The translations under genes were made by a program, and so were the position numbers. A stretch of 64,000 bases of DNA, taken from the NCBI GenBank assembly GCA_046052125.1, contig JBJOMY010000003.1:290563-354562 (forward strand), read 5' to 3'. This document shows positions 45,827-55,484 of this stretch, piece after piece; position 1 is the stretch's first letter; each line of letters starts with the position of its first letter. This DNA comes from Cyanobacteriota bacterium (GTDB taxonomy: Bacteria; Cyanobacteriota; Cyanobacteriia; PCC-6307; Cyanobiaceae). The notes beneath the pieces were generated by a model. It saw only the letters and a list, made by a program, of their open reading frames with translations, did not search any database and had not been told where the DNA came from.

Positions 45827-46531
45827 ATGTGCTTTTCGGCCTCTGCCAGCTTTACAGCCTCTGCGGTGTTGATGCCCCTAGGTCTCTACAGCACCCATCT
45901 GGCCCGCACGAATAAGCAGCCCAACTACGTTCCATTGGCGCTCGTTCCTTTTTTCTTCGGTGTTCAGCAGTTCGTTGAAGGCCTGGAGTGGACGGCCCTT
46001 GATAACGGCCGCACGGAGCCCCTCACGACCCTGGCGGGTTTGGGATTTCTGTTCTTTGCCTATTGCTTCTGGATGATCTGGATCCCCTGGAGTGCCTGGT
46101 CGATCAGTCGCAGCACCGATTCGCGTGGCTTGCAGAAGCGGCTGCGTTGGGTGGCGATCGTCGCCACGGTGCTTGGGATTGCCTTCTACCTGCCGGTGCT
46201 GTTTAACCCACCGGCTGTTCAGCCGGCTGTGCACAGCTCGGGACGCTTGCTCTACGACGTCTCCAATCTGCACAGCATCATTCACAACTTTGTGAACACG
46301 GAGCCTGTGGGTGAGCTCGTGTACTGGGGCTTTATTGTTCTGCCGCTGATCGCTGTTGCTGATAAGGCTGTGAAGCTGTTCGGTGTGCTGATCTTTGTAT
46401 CGATTTTCCTCACCTGGCTCACCTACAGCGCCACGTTCAACTCGGTTTGGTGTTTCTACTGCGCTGTGCTCTCGATCTTTGTGATCTGGATCGTCAACCG
46501 TCCACAGTTGCGCAACGCGTCTCAAGGTTGA
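45827..46531 (+). CDS. DUF6629-like integral membrane protein
   Basis: MCFSASASF start, QQFVEG and SVWCF motifs; about 7 TM helices. Confidence 0.72.
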   Translation: MCFSASASFTASAVLMPLGLYSTHLARTNKQPNYVPLALVPFFFGVQQFVEGLEWTALDNGRTEPLTTLAGLGFLFFAYCFWMIWIPWSAWSISRSTDSRGLQKRLRWVAIVATVLGIAFYLPVLFNPPAVQPAVHSSGRLLYDVSNLHSIIHNFVNTEPVGELVYWGFIVLPLIAVADKAVKLFGVLIFVSIFLTWLTYSATFNSVWCFYCAVLSIFVIWIVNRPQLRNASQG

Positions 46532-46555
46532 TCGAGCGCCTGAAGGTCTCCGGCG

Positions 46556-47098
46556 ATGCTGGTTGATCTGGAGCGTCTCCTCAATGGCCTGGGCGGCTGG
46601 TTAATCCGTTCCGACCTGGGCCTTGGCCTATTGCTGGTGGTGGGGATTTCGATGTCGCTCTCCCATGTGTTTGGCCTTTTTGCCAACCGCTTGGGAGCTC
46701 GCGAGATCCTCTGGCGGTTGTTGATTGATGCGCTAGTGCTGGCCTCGGCCCTTCTCTTGAGCAGCTCCATCGACATGGTGCTGCTCAATCTCTATGGATC
46801 CAACCCGGTTCATCCCAGTGCCTTTGTGGATGGGATCGCCAGCTGTTTGCTGCCAGCCTGTTTCTACGTGTGCGTGGCGGCTCCCTACATCGGTGAAACC
46901 ATCGGCCTGGTGCTCTGGGTGTTGATTCACCTCAATGTGGTCACCTTTGTGCACGTGCGCTTCGATCTGCCGTGGGATCAAGCGCTTGTGCTCACCACGC
47001 CCGGCTATCTCTTGGCTCTTGTGCTCGTGGCCTTGTTGTTTCGTCAGAGCTGGCAACGGGGTTACGCGATGCTTGCCTCGGAGCTGGCTGAGCCATGA
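46556..47098 (+). CDS. Hypothetical multi-pass membrane protein
   Basis: About 5 hydrophobic helices; ATGA overlap with the next gene. Confidence 0.7.
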   Translation: MLVDLERLLNGLGGWLIRSDLGLGLLLVVGISMSLSHVFGLFANRLGAREILWRLLIDALVLASALLLSSSIDMVLLNLYGSNPVHPSAFVDGIASCLLPACFYVCVAAPYIGETIGLVLWVLIHLNVVTFVHVRFDLPWDQALVLTTPGYLLALVLVALLFRQSWQRGYAMLASELAEP

Positions 47099-48195
47099 AG
47101 GCCGCTGCTCACCTGCATCCCTGGAGCCAGCGCTTCAACCTCAAGCTGCTGCTGTTGGTTCTAGCGATCGGCCTTGGCATCAACCTGGTGGGCCTGGGCC
47201 ATCTGGCTCTGTTTGTACGCTCCGCTCTCGCGCCAGCAGATCTGCTGCTGTTGCTGCAGATGATTGGCTTGCTGGTGGTGGTGTTGATCGCAGCGGCTGG
47301 CATCTACTCACTCGTGAGTGAATTCGCCTTTTGGGAAGGATGGCTGCAGGGCTTACCGGCTCCAACCACCTTGTTTGAAAGCAGCCCTCCGGCTACAGGT
47401 CCGCATCGCTGCTATGTGGTGTATCTCGATGGCATTCACCAGTTGGAGCGGGATCACCCGCCGCGGGTTTCCGCCTTTCTGGAACTATTGGAGCAGCAGC
47501 TGGCCGCTGAAACCCTGCTGGTGCGAGGGCTTGAAACCTACACGGTGATGCCGGTGGCTCTGGCTGAAGATGCCGGCAGTGAGTGGTTCTGGCGGCGGCT
47601 ATTTGCGTTGCAGGAGCAGCATCCCAACGGCCTGGTGCAGCTGTTGGCCGCGGTGTTGGTGCAGGCCAACAATGTGATCAAGGTGGGCATTTCCTCGGAT
47701 CGGCGCTACGGCCCAATCCTCAACTACGAGCTTGCGTTGAAGATCAGCCTCAGGCTGGCTGAGGTTGGATTTCGGCCAGATGCGGGAAGCCGGATTGTTC
47801 TCACCGGCTATAGCGGTGGAGCAGAGATGGCTATGGGTGTGGGTGATTACTTGCGCCGCATCACGCGGGCGCCGGTGAACATCATCAGTTTCTGCGGGGT
47901 GTTCAGTGGCAACCAGGAGTTGCATCAGCTTGCTGGTATCACCACGATCGTGGGCAGCAAGGATCCCGTTGCAGCCTTTGGCCGCATCGCCTATCCAGGC
48001 CGATCACCCCTGCTGCCCCTCTCCAACTGGAACAAGGCTCTGGCTGCGGGCCGGGTCCAACGTTCTCTCATCGAGGGGATGAATCACAACGGCAGTCAGG
48101 GCCCGTTTTCCGAAACCTTTCGTCTGCCGGTGATCAAGTCGATTCTGGCTGCGCTGGATGGGCCAACTGCTGCACCAGAACAAACGGGCTGCTGA
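47095..48195 (+). CDS. Membrane-anchored alpha/beta-hydrolase-like protein
   Basis: Two N-terminal TM helices, VYLDGI, GYSGG nucleophile elbow, GSKD and a late His (MNHNG). Confidence 0.72.
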   Translation: MKAAAHLHPWSQRFNLKLLLLVLAIGLGINLVGLGHLALFVRSALAPADLLLLLQMIGLLVVVLIAAAGIYSLVSEFAFWEGWLQGLPAPTTLFESSPPATGPHRCYVVYLDGIHQLERDHPPRVSAFLELLEQQLAAETLLVRGLETYTVMPVALAEDAGSEWFWRRLFALQEQHPNGLVQLLAAVLVQANNVIKVGISSDRRYGPILNYELALKISLRLAEVGFRPDAGSRIVLTGYSGGAEMAMGVGDYLRRITRAPVNIISFCGVFSGNQELHQLAGITTIVGSKDPVAAFGRIAYPGRSPLLPLSNWNKALAAGRVQRSLIEGMNHNGSQGPFSETFRLPVIKSILAALDGPTAAPEQTGC

Positions 48196-49534
48196 GCGGC
48201 TGGCAGGCCAATAGCCGTTGCTTGGCGCTGGCCGCAGCAGTTCCGTGCAGGCTGCCGTCGTGGGGGAGCTCTTGCAGCGCTTGCCGGTAGGGCTCCAGCC
48301 AGGGGTCTGCCGCCGCTCCAAGCTGGTTGACGCGGCGCCGGAGGCGTTCGCGCCAGATCCCTCCCATCAGCACCGGGAACAACTGGCAGCGGCCCTCCAT
48401 CACCTGCTGGATCAGCGCTGAGCTGTCGATGCAGAAGCCCAGGGAGCCGTAGCCGCCATGGAGCAGCTGGCGCTCACTGGCCTCCAGGTTGTGCACCAGA
48501 GCGATCACCTCCAAGAGGTCAAACAGCTGCTGGAGCCGTTCGCCTTCGTAGGGCTCTCCGAGGTAGTGAACGGTGCCGTTGTGGCGATCGTTTTGCCACG
48601 GGCGCTGCAGATCGTTCAGGGCTTCCCAGCCGCAGAGCCCTTCAGTGCCTTGGTAGTACTGCAAGCGCAGCAGTTGCTCGGGGCTGCGCAGCTCCAGCTC
48701 CAGGCAGCTATGGGGCAGCAGTGATTGCACTTCCTCGCCATCTGTGCCAAGCAGGCCCGTGCGAATCGGGAGAGCCAGGGGCACCTGGCTCCAGCCACCA
48801 CCTTCCAGGGGCAGGCTGGCCCCTAGGCCGAAGCTGGCCACGCTGCAGCGCAGTTGAGCCCGCGCCTGCCAACCGTTGGCTTGCAGTTGCGCCAACCAAC
48901 CGCTGCTGGTGGTGCAGCCTTCAAAGCTCCAGGGATCCTCGCCGAGGCGATTGGCCGCTAACCGGTTCAACACCCGGGCCACCAGGCTGTTCAGTTGCCG
49001 TTGCTGCAGCGATTGCTCGTAGCTCAGCCCAACATTGCGCCACACCAGGCCGCCACTGAGGGCTGCTCCGGCGGGGGCTGCGTTCTCATGGGATTCAGAT
49101 TCAGCATCCGCGGAGGCCGCCTGCTGCAGCGTTGCAAAGTCGTGCGGAAGCGGTGGCCGCTGGTCACTCCTCCACAGGCTCAGGGCATTGGCTTGATCGG
49201 GGTTGGGTACCGGCAGCAGATGGGGAAGATCGTCGGCCAGGGCTGCCAGCAGTGCCGGGGTCAGCAGACCCCGTTCCAGTACGCCTGCTAACGCCTGAAG
49301 CTTGGGCGGCAGTTGCGCTGGTGCCAGCGTCCAGCGCCGCGGCAGCAGCCAGAGCAGGGGAAGCAGCTGCGGCTTGTGCAGATCATTCGCCAGGCGCTTG
49401 AGCCAGTCGGAGCGGCTCAGGCCTGAGCGGAACACACTGCGCTCGAGGGCTGCTTCGAAGCCGATCAGTGGAACCGGACAGCTCCACTGATCGGCGAGGG
49501 CGAGGGGATCACTGTTCACCACACGCAGAGCCAT
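48134..49534 (-). CDS. Hypothetical protein
   Basis: 466-aa open frame filling the gap before prlC; YYQGTEG and GGYGSLGFCIDS motif-like segments. Confidence 0.7.
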   Translation of the reverse strand: MALRVVNSDPLALADQWSCPVPLIGFEAALERSVFRSGLSRSDWLKRLANDLHKPQLLPLLWLLPRRWTLAPAQLPPKLQALAGVLERGLLTPALLAALADDLPHLLPVPNPDQANALSLWRSDQRPPLPHDFATLQQAASADAESESHENAAPAGAALSGGLVWRNVGLSYEQSLQQRQLNSLVARVLNRLAANRLGEDPWSFEGCTTSSGWLAQLQANGWQARAQLRCSVASFGLGASLPLEGGGWSQVPLALPIRTGLLGTDGEEVQSLLPHSCLELELRSPEQLLRLQYYQGTEGLCGWEALNDLQRPWQNDRHNGTVHYLGEPYEGERLQQLFDLLEVIALVHNLEASERQLLHGGYGSLGFCIDSSALIQQVMEGRCQLFPVLMGGIWRERLRRRVNQLGAAADPWLEPYRQALQELPHDGSLHGTAAASAKQRLLACQPLSSPFVLVQQLAHPAQPEST

Positions 49535-49572
49535 ACCGCCCTGAAGCTCTCCCCATGCTGAGCCGATTCAGC

Positions 49573-51699
49573 TCAGACGGCTACCAGGCCGGAATGGCGG
49601 ATGAGTGCATCGCTACTGGGCTGGCGGCCCCTGAAGGCCTCGAACACCTGTTTGGGATCCAGGCTGCCGCCCAGGCTGAGCACCGTGTCCCGGAAACGCC
49701 GGCCGGTGTCGCGGATTTGCTCCTCGTTCTCCAGACCCACCTCTTCAAAGGCGCTGAAGGCATCGGCGCTCAGCACCTCGGCCCACTTGTAGGAGTAGTA
49801 GCCCGCGGCGTAGCCGCCGGCAAAGATGTGACCAAAGGAGCAGAGGAAGGCGTCGTCGTCGATCGGGGTGAGCACCGTGGTGTCTGCCGCAATCTCTCGG
49901 CGCAGCTGCTCGGGGGTTTGTCCGCAGCCTGGGTGCCACTGGCTGTGCAGGCGTAGATCCACCAGGGCGAAATGAACCTGGCGCAGGGTGGCGGCGCCGC
50001 CCATGAAGGTTCGCGCTGCCAGCAGCTTGCGGAACTCCTGCTCGGGGAGCGGCTCACCGCTCTGCCAGTGGCGTGCCATACCCATCAAGGTGGCGCGGTC
50101 GTAGCACCAGTTCTCCATGAACTGGCTCGGCAGTTCCACCGCATCCCACTCCACACCGTTGATCCCCGCCGCCTGCGGCCGATCCACCGTGGTGAGCATG
50201 TGCTGCAGGCCGTGGCCGAATTCGTGGAAGAGGGTCTCCACCTCCTCGAAGGTCATCAGGCTTGGGGTGTCTCCCACCGGTGGGCTCTGATTGCAGATCA
50301 GGTAGGCAACCGGCAACACGGGGCTGCCATCGGCGCTGCGCGAGCGCACCAGGCATTCATCCATCCAGGCTCCGCCGCGCTTGCTGCCTGGGCGGCTGTA
50401 GGGATCGAGGTAGAACCCCGCCAGGGGTTGGCCGTTGTCGAGGATGCGGAAGAAGCGCACATCCGGATGCCACACCGGTGCCTCGCCATCGGCGGCTGCG
50501 ATCGTGATGCCGAACAGTCGTTCGCACAGGCCGAACAGGCCGTCGAGCACGCGGGGCAGCGGGAAGTAAGGGCGCAGCGCCTCGCTATCGAGCTCAAAGC
50601 TTTCCTGCCGCAGCTTCTCGGCCCAGAAGCTCACATCCCATGGCTGGAGGTCGTCGGCTTCCGGGGCGCCATGGCGGCGGGCGCAGTCGGCCAAGGCTTT
50701 GAGCTCCGTCTTGGCCACCGGGTAGGCCGCCGCCCGCAGCTCCTCCAGTAGCGCTTCCACGGCCGATTCGGAGTCGGCCATCTTGGCGGCGAGACTCACT
50801 TCAGCCCAGTTGGCATAGCCGAGGCGGCGAGCCTGCTCGCCCCGCAGGCTGAGGATGCGCTCGATCAGCGGCCAGTTGTTGAGCTCATTGCCGTCCTTGC
50901 CGGAGGCACGGCTCACATGTGCCCGGTACACCTGCTCGCGCAGATCACGCCTGCGGCTGTACTTGAGGAACGGGGCGAAGCGGGGCATGTCCAGCCCGAG
51001 CAGCCAGGGCCCGTTTTCGGCTGTGGCTTCGGCATCACCGGCCTGACGCGCCGCCTGGGCCAGTTGGTCCAACAGGCTGGCCGGCAGTCCGTCCACGTCG
51101 GCTCTTTCGCTGAGCCTCAGCGTCCAACCGTTTGTGGCATCGAGCACCTGATTGCCAAAACGGGTGGAGAGTTCCGCCAGCTCCTGGCTCGCTCCATTGA
51201 AGGCCTCCTGATCTGCGCCGCTCAGGCCCACCCCCCGCAGCTGCATATCGCGTAACTCCGCCGCCAGGATGCGCTGCTGGGCTGGATCCAGCTGATCCTG
51301 GTGCGCTTGCAGCTGCTCCAGTGCCCGGTAGATCAGTTGGCTCTGGCCGGCCCTGTTGCCGAATTGCACCACCGCCGCCTGCTGGGCTGCATGGGCTTCA
51401 CGCAGCTCCGGGCTGTTGCAGACCCCGTTGAGGTGGCTCACCACGCCCCAGCTCCAGCGCAGCCGTTCGCCGAGGCGCTGGAGAGGATCCATCACGGCGC
51501 TCCAGCTCAGGGCGGTGCCGCTGCTGAAGCTCTGCTCAAGCTGCTGCTCCAGTGCGCCCAGCTCTTGGTTGAGCTGGGCCATCAGCTCAGGAATATGGCT
51601 GCTTACCGCGTCTGGAGTGATTGCCTCGAACACGGGCAGACCTTCACCCCGAAGGATTTCAGGAATCGCGGTGGTGCTGCTGGAGGAGCTGGTGACCAT
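49573..51699 (-). CDS. prlC: Oligopeptidase A (M3 family)
   Basis: KRGGAWM, FHEFGH, WDAVELPSQFMENW and YAAGYYSYKWAE motifs. Confidence 0.96.
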   Translation of the reverse strand: MVTSSSSSTTAIPEILRGEGLPVFEAITPDAVSSHIPELMAQLNQELGALEQQLEQSFSSGTALSWSAVMDPLQRLGERLRWSWGVVSHLNGVCNSPELREAHAAQQAAVVQFGNRAGQSQLIYRALEQLQAHQDQLDPAQQRILAAELRDMQLRGVGLSGADQEAFNGASQELAELSTRFGNQVLDATNGWTLRLSERADVDGLPASLLDQLAQAARQAGDAEATAENGPWLLGLDMPRFAPFLKYSRRRDLREQVYRAHVSRASGKDGNELNNWPLIERILSLRGEQARRLGYANWAEVSLAAKMADSESAVEALLEELRAAAYPVAKTELKALADCARRHGAPEADDLQPWDVSFWAEKLRQESFELDSEALRPYFPLPRVLDGLFGLCERLFGITIAAADGEAPVWHPDVRFFRILDNGQPLAGFYLDPYSRPGSKRGGAWMDECLVRSRSADGSPVLPVAYLICNQSPPVGDTPSLMTFEEVETLFHEFGHGLQHMLTTVDRPQAAGINGVEWDAVELPSQFMENWCYDRATLMGMARHWQSGEPLPEQEFRKLLAARTFMGGAATLRQVHFALVDLRLHSQWHPGCGQTPEQLRREIAADTTVLTPIDDDAFLCSFGHIFAGGYAAGYYSYKWAEVLSADAFSAFEEVGLENEEQIRDTGRRFRDTVLSLGGSLDPKQVFEAFRGRQPSSDALIRHSGLVAV

Positions 51700-51784
51700 C
51701 AGGCTGAAGGCTGGAGACCTGCGGCTGCCACTGGGGCAGATGCCGCAAGGATCTATTCCAGCTCAAGCCCATCGATCCTGTGGT

Positions 51785-53407
51785 TCAGCCGAGGGCGGGA
51801 AGCCGAAGTGCCACCACAGCGTGCTGAGCCAGATCGTTGGAGAGGGCTGTGGTGGATGCCTCGTAGACATCGATCGCCACCTGAGGCCAGAAGCCGATCA
51901 CCAGGGTTGGAACCAGCAGGGTGAGGCCGATCACGAGCTCGCGAGGCTTCATGTCGCCCAACACGGCCAGAGCCGGGATGCGTGGACCAAAGAACACGCG
52001 GCGGCAGAGGCTCAGCAAGTACACGGGTGTGAGCACCACCCCAATGGCCGCGAGCACCACGGTGATCACCCGGAAGCCCACCGTGAAATCAGCGTTGCTG
52101 GTGAGGCCGAGGAACACCGTGATTTCGCTCACGAAACCGCTCATGCCTGGCAAGGCAAGCGACGCCAGGGAGCTGGCCAGGAAGAAGGCGAAGGTGATGG
52201 GCAGCACTTTGGCCAGGCCGCCCATGTTGGGAATTGAGAGGGTTTTGGTGCGTTCGTAGAACACACCAGTCACGAAGAACATCGCCGCGGCAATCAGGCC
52301 GTGGCTGATCATCTGGAGCATCGCGCCACTCATGCCGAGGCTGTCGATGGCGCCGATCCCCAGCAGCACAAAGCCCATGTGGCTCACGGAGCTGCAGGCG
52401 ATTCTGCGCTTCACGTTGTCTTGCGCGAAGGCGTTCAGCGCTCCGTACACGATGTTGACAATGCCAAGCACCACCAGCGCTGGAGCGAGCTGCAGGTGCG
52501 CCTCAGGGAGCATCTGCACGTTGAAGCGCAACAGCGCGTAGCCGCCCATTTTCAGCAGCACACCCGCCAGCAGCATCGACACGGGGGCATTGGCCTCGCC
52601 GTGGGCATCGGGAAGCCAGGTGTGGAGCGGGAACATCGGCAGCTTCACGCCGAAGCCCACCAGGAAGCCCAGGTAACAGAGCAGGCCGAAGGTGCCGCCG
52701 GGGGAGCGAGCGATCAGCTCACTCAGGTTGAGGGTGAAGGGGCCGTTCAGGGCCAGGGCCAGACCGCTCACCAGGATCAGCAAAGACGCCGTGGCGGTGT
52801 AAAGGATGAATTTGGTGGCGGCGTACTGGCGCTGATGGCCGCCCCAGATGGCGATCAGCAGGTAGACCGGCACCAGCTCCAGTTCCCAGGCCAGGAAGAA
52901 GAGCAGGAAGTCTTGGGAGAGGAACACCATCGCCTGCGCTGAGGCCTGGACCAGCAGCAGGGCGAAATAAAGGCGGGTTTTCTTTTGGATATTCCAGCTG
53001 GCGGCCACCGACAGCAAGGTGACCAAACCGGACAGCACCACCAGCGGGGCTGAGAGGCCATCGGTGGCTAGGGACCATTCCAGACCAATCGAGGGCACCC
53101 AGGCAAAGCGCTCCACCAGCTGCAGGCCGGCAATGGATCCGTCGTAGTGCTGGCTGTAGACGTAGAGCATCAGGCCCAGGTCCACCAGCAGGGTGACCAG
53201 GGCGATCGTGCGGGGCAGCTTTGGATCGGTGCCGTCGCCGGGGAGCAGCATCAGCAGCGGCGCCACGGCAACGGGCAGCAGCGTGATCAGGCTCAGCCAG
53301 GGGAAGCTGCCCGATGCGGTGAGCAGCCCTGCGGCTAGATCGGCATCACCAAACGTTGAACTTGAGAGCCCAGTGGACGCAGCCAGGATGGGCAGGATTG
53401 CGTCCAT
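51785..53407 (-). CDS. ndhD: NAD(P)H-quinone oxidoreductase subunit 4 (NDH-1)
   Basis: [27 protein letters not shown] and LALPGMSGF motifs. Confidence 0.95.
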   Translation of the reverse strand: MDAILPILAASTGLSSSTFGDADLAAGLLTASGSFPWLSLITLLPVAVAPLLMLLPGDGTDPKLPRTIALVTLLVDLGLMLYVYSQHYDGSIAGLQLVERFAWVPSIGLEWSLATDGLSAPLVVLSGLVTLLSVAASWNIQKKTRLYFALLLVQASAQAMVFLSQDFLLFFLAWELELVPVYLLIAIWGGHQRQYAATKFILYTATASLLILVSGLALALNGPFTLNLSELIARSPGGTFGLLCYLGFLVGFGVKLPMFPLHTWLPDAHGEANAPVSMLLAGVLLKMGGYALLRFNVQMLPEAHLQLAPALVVLGIVNIVYGALNAFAQDNVKRRIACSSVSHMGFVLLGIGAIDSLGMSGAMLQMISHGLIAAAMFFVTGVFYERTKTLSIPNMGGLAKVLPITFAFFLASSLASLALPGMSGFVSEITVFLGLTSNADFTVGFRVITVVLAAIGVVLTPVYLLSLCRRVFFGPRIPALAVLGDMKPRELVIGLTLLVPTLVIGFWPQVAIDVYEASTTALSNDLAQHAVVALRLPALG

Positions 53408-53488
53408 GAAGACCTCATCAACTGGATGGCTGTACCCGTCCCAGGATCAAGCCATGAATTTGGCAATCTAGCAGCTGAGTATTTCTAC

Positions 53489-54451
53489 TTAGGCTGCTTC
53501 TGAGGGGCGATCGGCGATCGCTTTCCAGCGGCTGCCGATCTGCTGGAGCTGCAGCACCTCCGAGCGTGAGGCCACGCCCTCGCTCTCCCAGGCACGCACC
53601 ATGGCCCGGCGCACTGCACCGGCGTGATCCCGATTGGACAGCGCCAGGATGCTGGGGCCGGCGCCGCTGATCACACATCCCCAGGCTCCGGCCTGAATCG
53701 CCGCTTCGCGCACCTGGCGCCCCCCCTGGATCAGCCCCCAGCGGTAGGGCTCATGGATGCGGTCGTGCATGCCATCGGCGATCAAGTCGCCATTGCCCGT
53801 GCGCAGGCCCTGCAGCAGCAGGGTGAGGGAGCCGAGGTTGGTCACCGCATCGGCGATCGAGATGGCCTTGGGCATCACCCGGCGAGCCTCGCTGGTGGAG
53901 AGGCGGATGGAGGGGATCGCCACCACCGCCAGCACTTCGGGTGACCACTCGCAGCGCACCACGCGCCAGCGGTGCGAAGCCGCCTTGGCCGTCATGCACA
54001 GGCCCCCCAGCAAGGAAGGCACCACGTTGTCGGGATGGCCTTCGATATCGATGGCGAGCTCGAGCAGCTTCTCGCGGCTGAGCGGCTCGCCGATTAAGGC
54101 ATTGGCCCCCATCAGACCGGCCACGATGGCGGTGGCACTGCTGCCCAGGCCCCGCGCTGGCGGCACCGCCAAGCGCACCCGCGCTTCGATGGCGATGGGC
54201 TGCTCGCCGGCTTCCTTCCAAACCCGCTGCGCTGCGCGGTACACCAGGTTGTCGGGCCCGCCCCGCAGGTGGGAACCCTCACTGCCTTCGATCACCAGCT
54301 CGAAGCGCTCGCCATCGCCTTCGATGCAGCGCATCTCGAAGCGGTTGTTGAGATCCAGGGCGGCACCCAGGCAATCAAAGCCTGGGCCGAGGTTGGCTGT
54401 CGTGGCGGGAACATCCACCACAACCCCCTGGCCGATGCGGGGGCGGACCAT
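53489..54451 (-). CDS. thrB: Homoserine kinase
   Basis: PATTANLGPGFD, PPARGLGSSA, EGHPDN and SGAGPS motifs. Confidence 0.97.
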   Translation of the reverse strand: MVRPRIGQGVVVDVPATTANLGPGFDCLGAALDLNNRFEMRCIEGDGERFELVIEGSEGSHLRGGPDNLVYRAAQRVWKEAGEQPIAIEARVRLAVPPARGLGSSATAIVAGLMGANALIGEPLSREKLLELAIDIEGHPDNVVPSLLGGLCMTAKAASHRWRVVRCEWSPEVLAVVAIPSIRLSTSEARRVMPKAISIADAVTNLGSLTLLLQGLRTGNGDLIADGMHDRIHEPYRWGLIQGGRQVREAAIQAGAWGCVISGAGPSILALSNRDHAGAVRRAMVRAWESEGVASRSEVLQLQQIGSRWKAIADRPSEAA

Positions 54452-54482
54452 ACGGTCGGTACTGCTGGGGCCAGTGTCCCAC

Positions 54483-55484
54483 TCAGCCCATCAGCATCCG
54501 GGCGCGGCAGGCGGCGCTGAACAGGCCAGCCTCTGGATCGGTGAGGGCGTACACCGGCACCTGATCCACCACCGGGCTGAGCCGCCCCTTGGCCAGCAGA
54601 GGCTCAAGAAACAGCGGTGAACGCAGCTCCTCCAGCAGCTTGCCGGCGGTGCCGCCACCCACCCAGAGTCCCCCCAGGCAAAGGCTTTGCAGGGCCAGGT
54701 CTCCCGCCACGCTGCCGTAGGCCCCAACCCAAAGATCGAGGGCGCGTCGCGCCAGTGGATCGCCGGCCATCGCGGCGCTGGCGGTGGCGGCCGGCAGTTC
54801 AACGCTGTCCACCTCGCTAAGCGCATGACCCGCCGCATCGGGGGAGGTGGCCAGAAGCCAGCGCATCACATCGCCCAATCCCGTACCGCTCACCACCCGT
54901 TCGATCGAAAGCCGCTCCAGCCCCAGATCCGCCTGCAGCCACTGCTTGAGCTGCCATTCCGCTTCGCTGCGGGGGGCGAATTCAGCGTGGGAGGCCTCAC
55001 TGGCTAAGGCCTTTAGGCCCGTGGCCGTGGGAACACCCAGCGCCACGCCCAAGCCCGTACCCGCCCCAAGGATCGCCACCGGCGCGCTTGGGTCAGGTCC
55101 ATCCGGTGCGGCCCGCAGCAGCACCTGCTGATGCTCCTGCAAATGGGGCAGGCCGTAGATCAGCACCGCAAAGTCGTTCACCAGCGCCAGCTGCTCAAGC
55201 CGGCAGCGCTCGGCTAGTTCTGTTTCCTCGAGCAGCCAGGGCAGGTTGGTGAGCTTCACCCGGCCGTTGCGCACTGGACCGGCCACGGCAAAGCAGGCGT
55301 GAGAGGGGCGGACCTCCCTTGGCTCGCCCGAGCTGAGGAAGTGGTTCACCAGGGTGGCGAAGTCGTCCCAGTCAGCAGAAACGAAGCGTTCGGATCGTTC
55401 TTGCACCAGCCCATCGCCATCGTGGCGGTAGAGCGCCAGGAGCGTCTTGGTGCCGCCGATGTCGCCGGCCAGAAGGGTGGTCAT
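54483..55484 (-). CDS. glk: Glucokinase
   Basis: GDIGGTKT, AVAGPV, VNDF, GAGTGLG and ERVVSG motifs. Confidence 0.93.
   Translation of the reverse strand: MTTLLAGDIGGTKTLLALYRHDGDGLVQERSERFVSADWDDFATLVNHFLSSGEPREVRPSHACFAVAGPVRNGRVKLTNLPWLLEETELAERCRLEQLALVNDFAVLIYGLPHLQEHQQVLLRAAPDGPDPSAPVAILGAGTGLGVALGVPTATGLKALASEASHAEFAPRSEAEWQLKQWLQADLGLERLSIERVVSGTGLGDVMRWLLATSPDAAGHALSEVDSVELPAATASAAMAGDPLARRALDLWVGAYGSVAGDLALQSLCLGGLWVGGGTAGKLLEELRSPLFLEPLLAKGRLSPVVDQVPVYALTDPEAGLFSAACRARMLMG

Noticed and set aside
42536..55484. Two glucokinase-type genes (ROK and Glk) within 13 kb
   Set aside because: Unrelated families in ordinary core operons; no sign of a shared system
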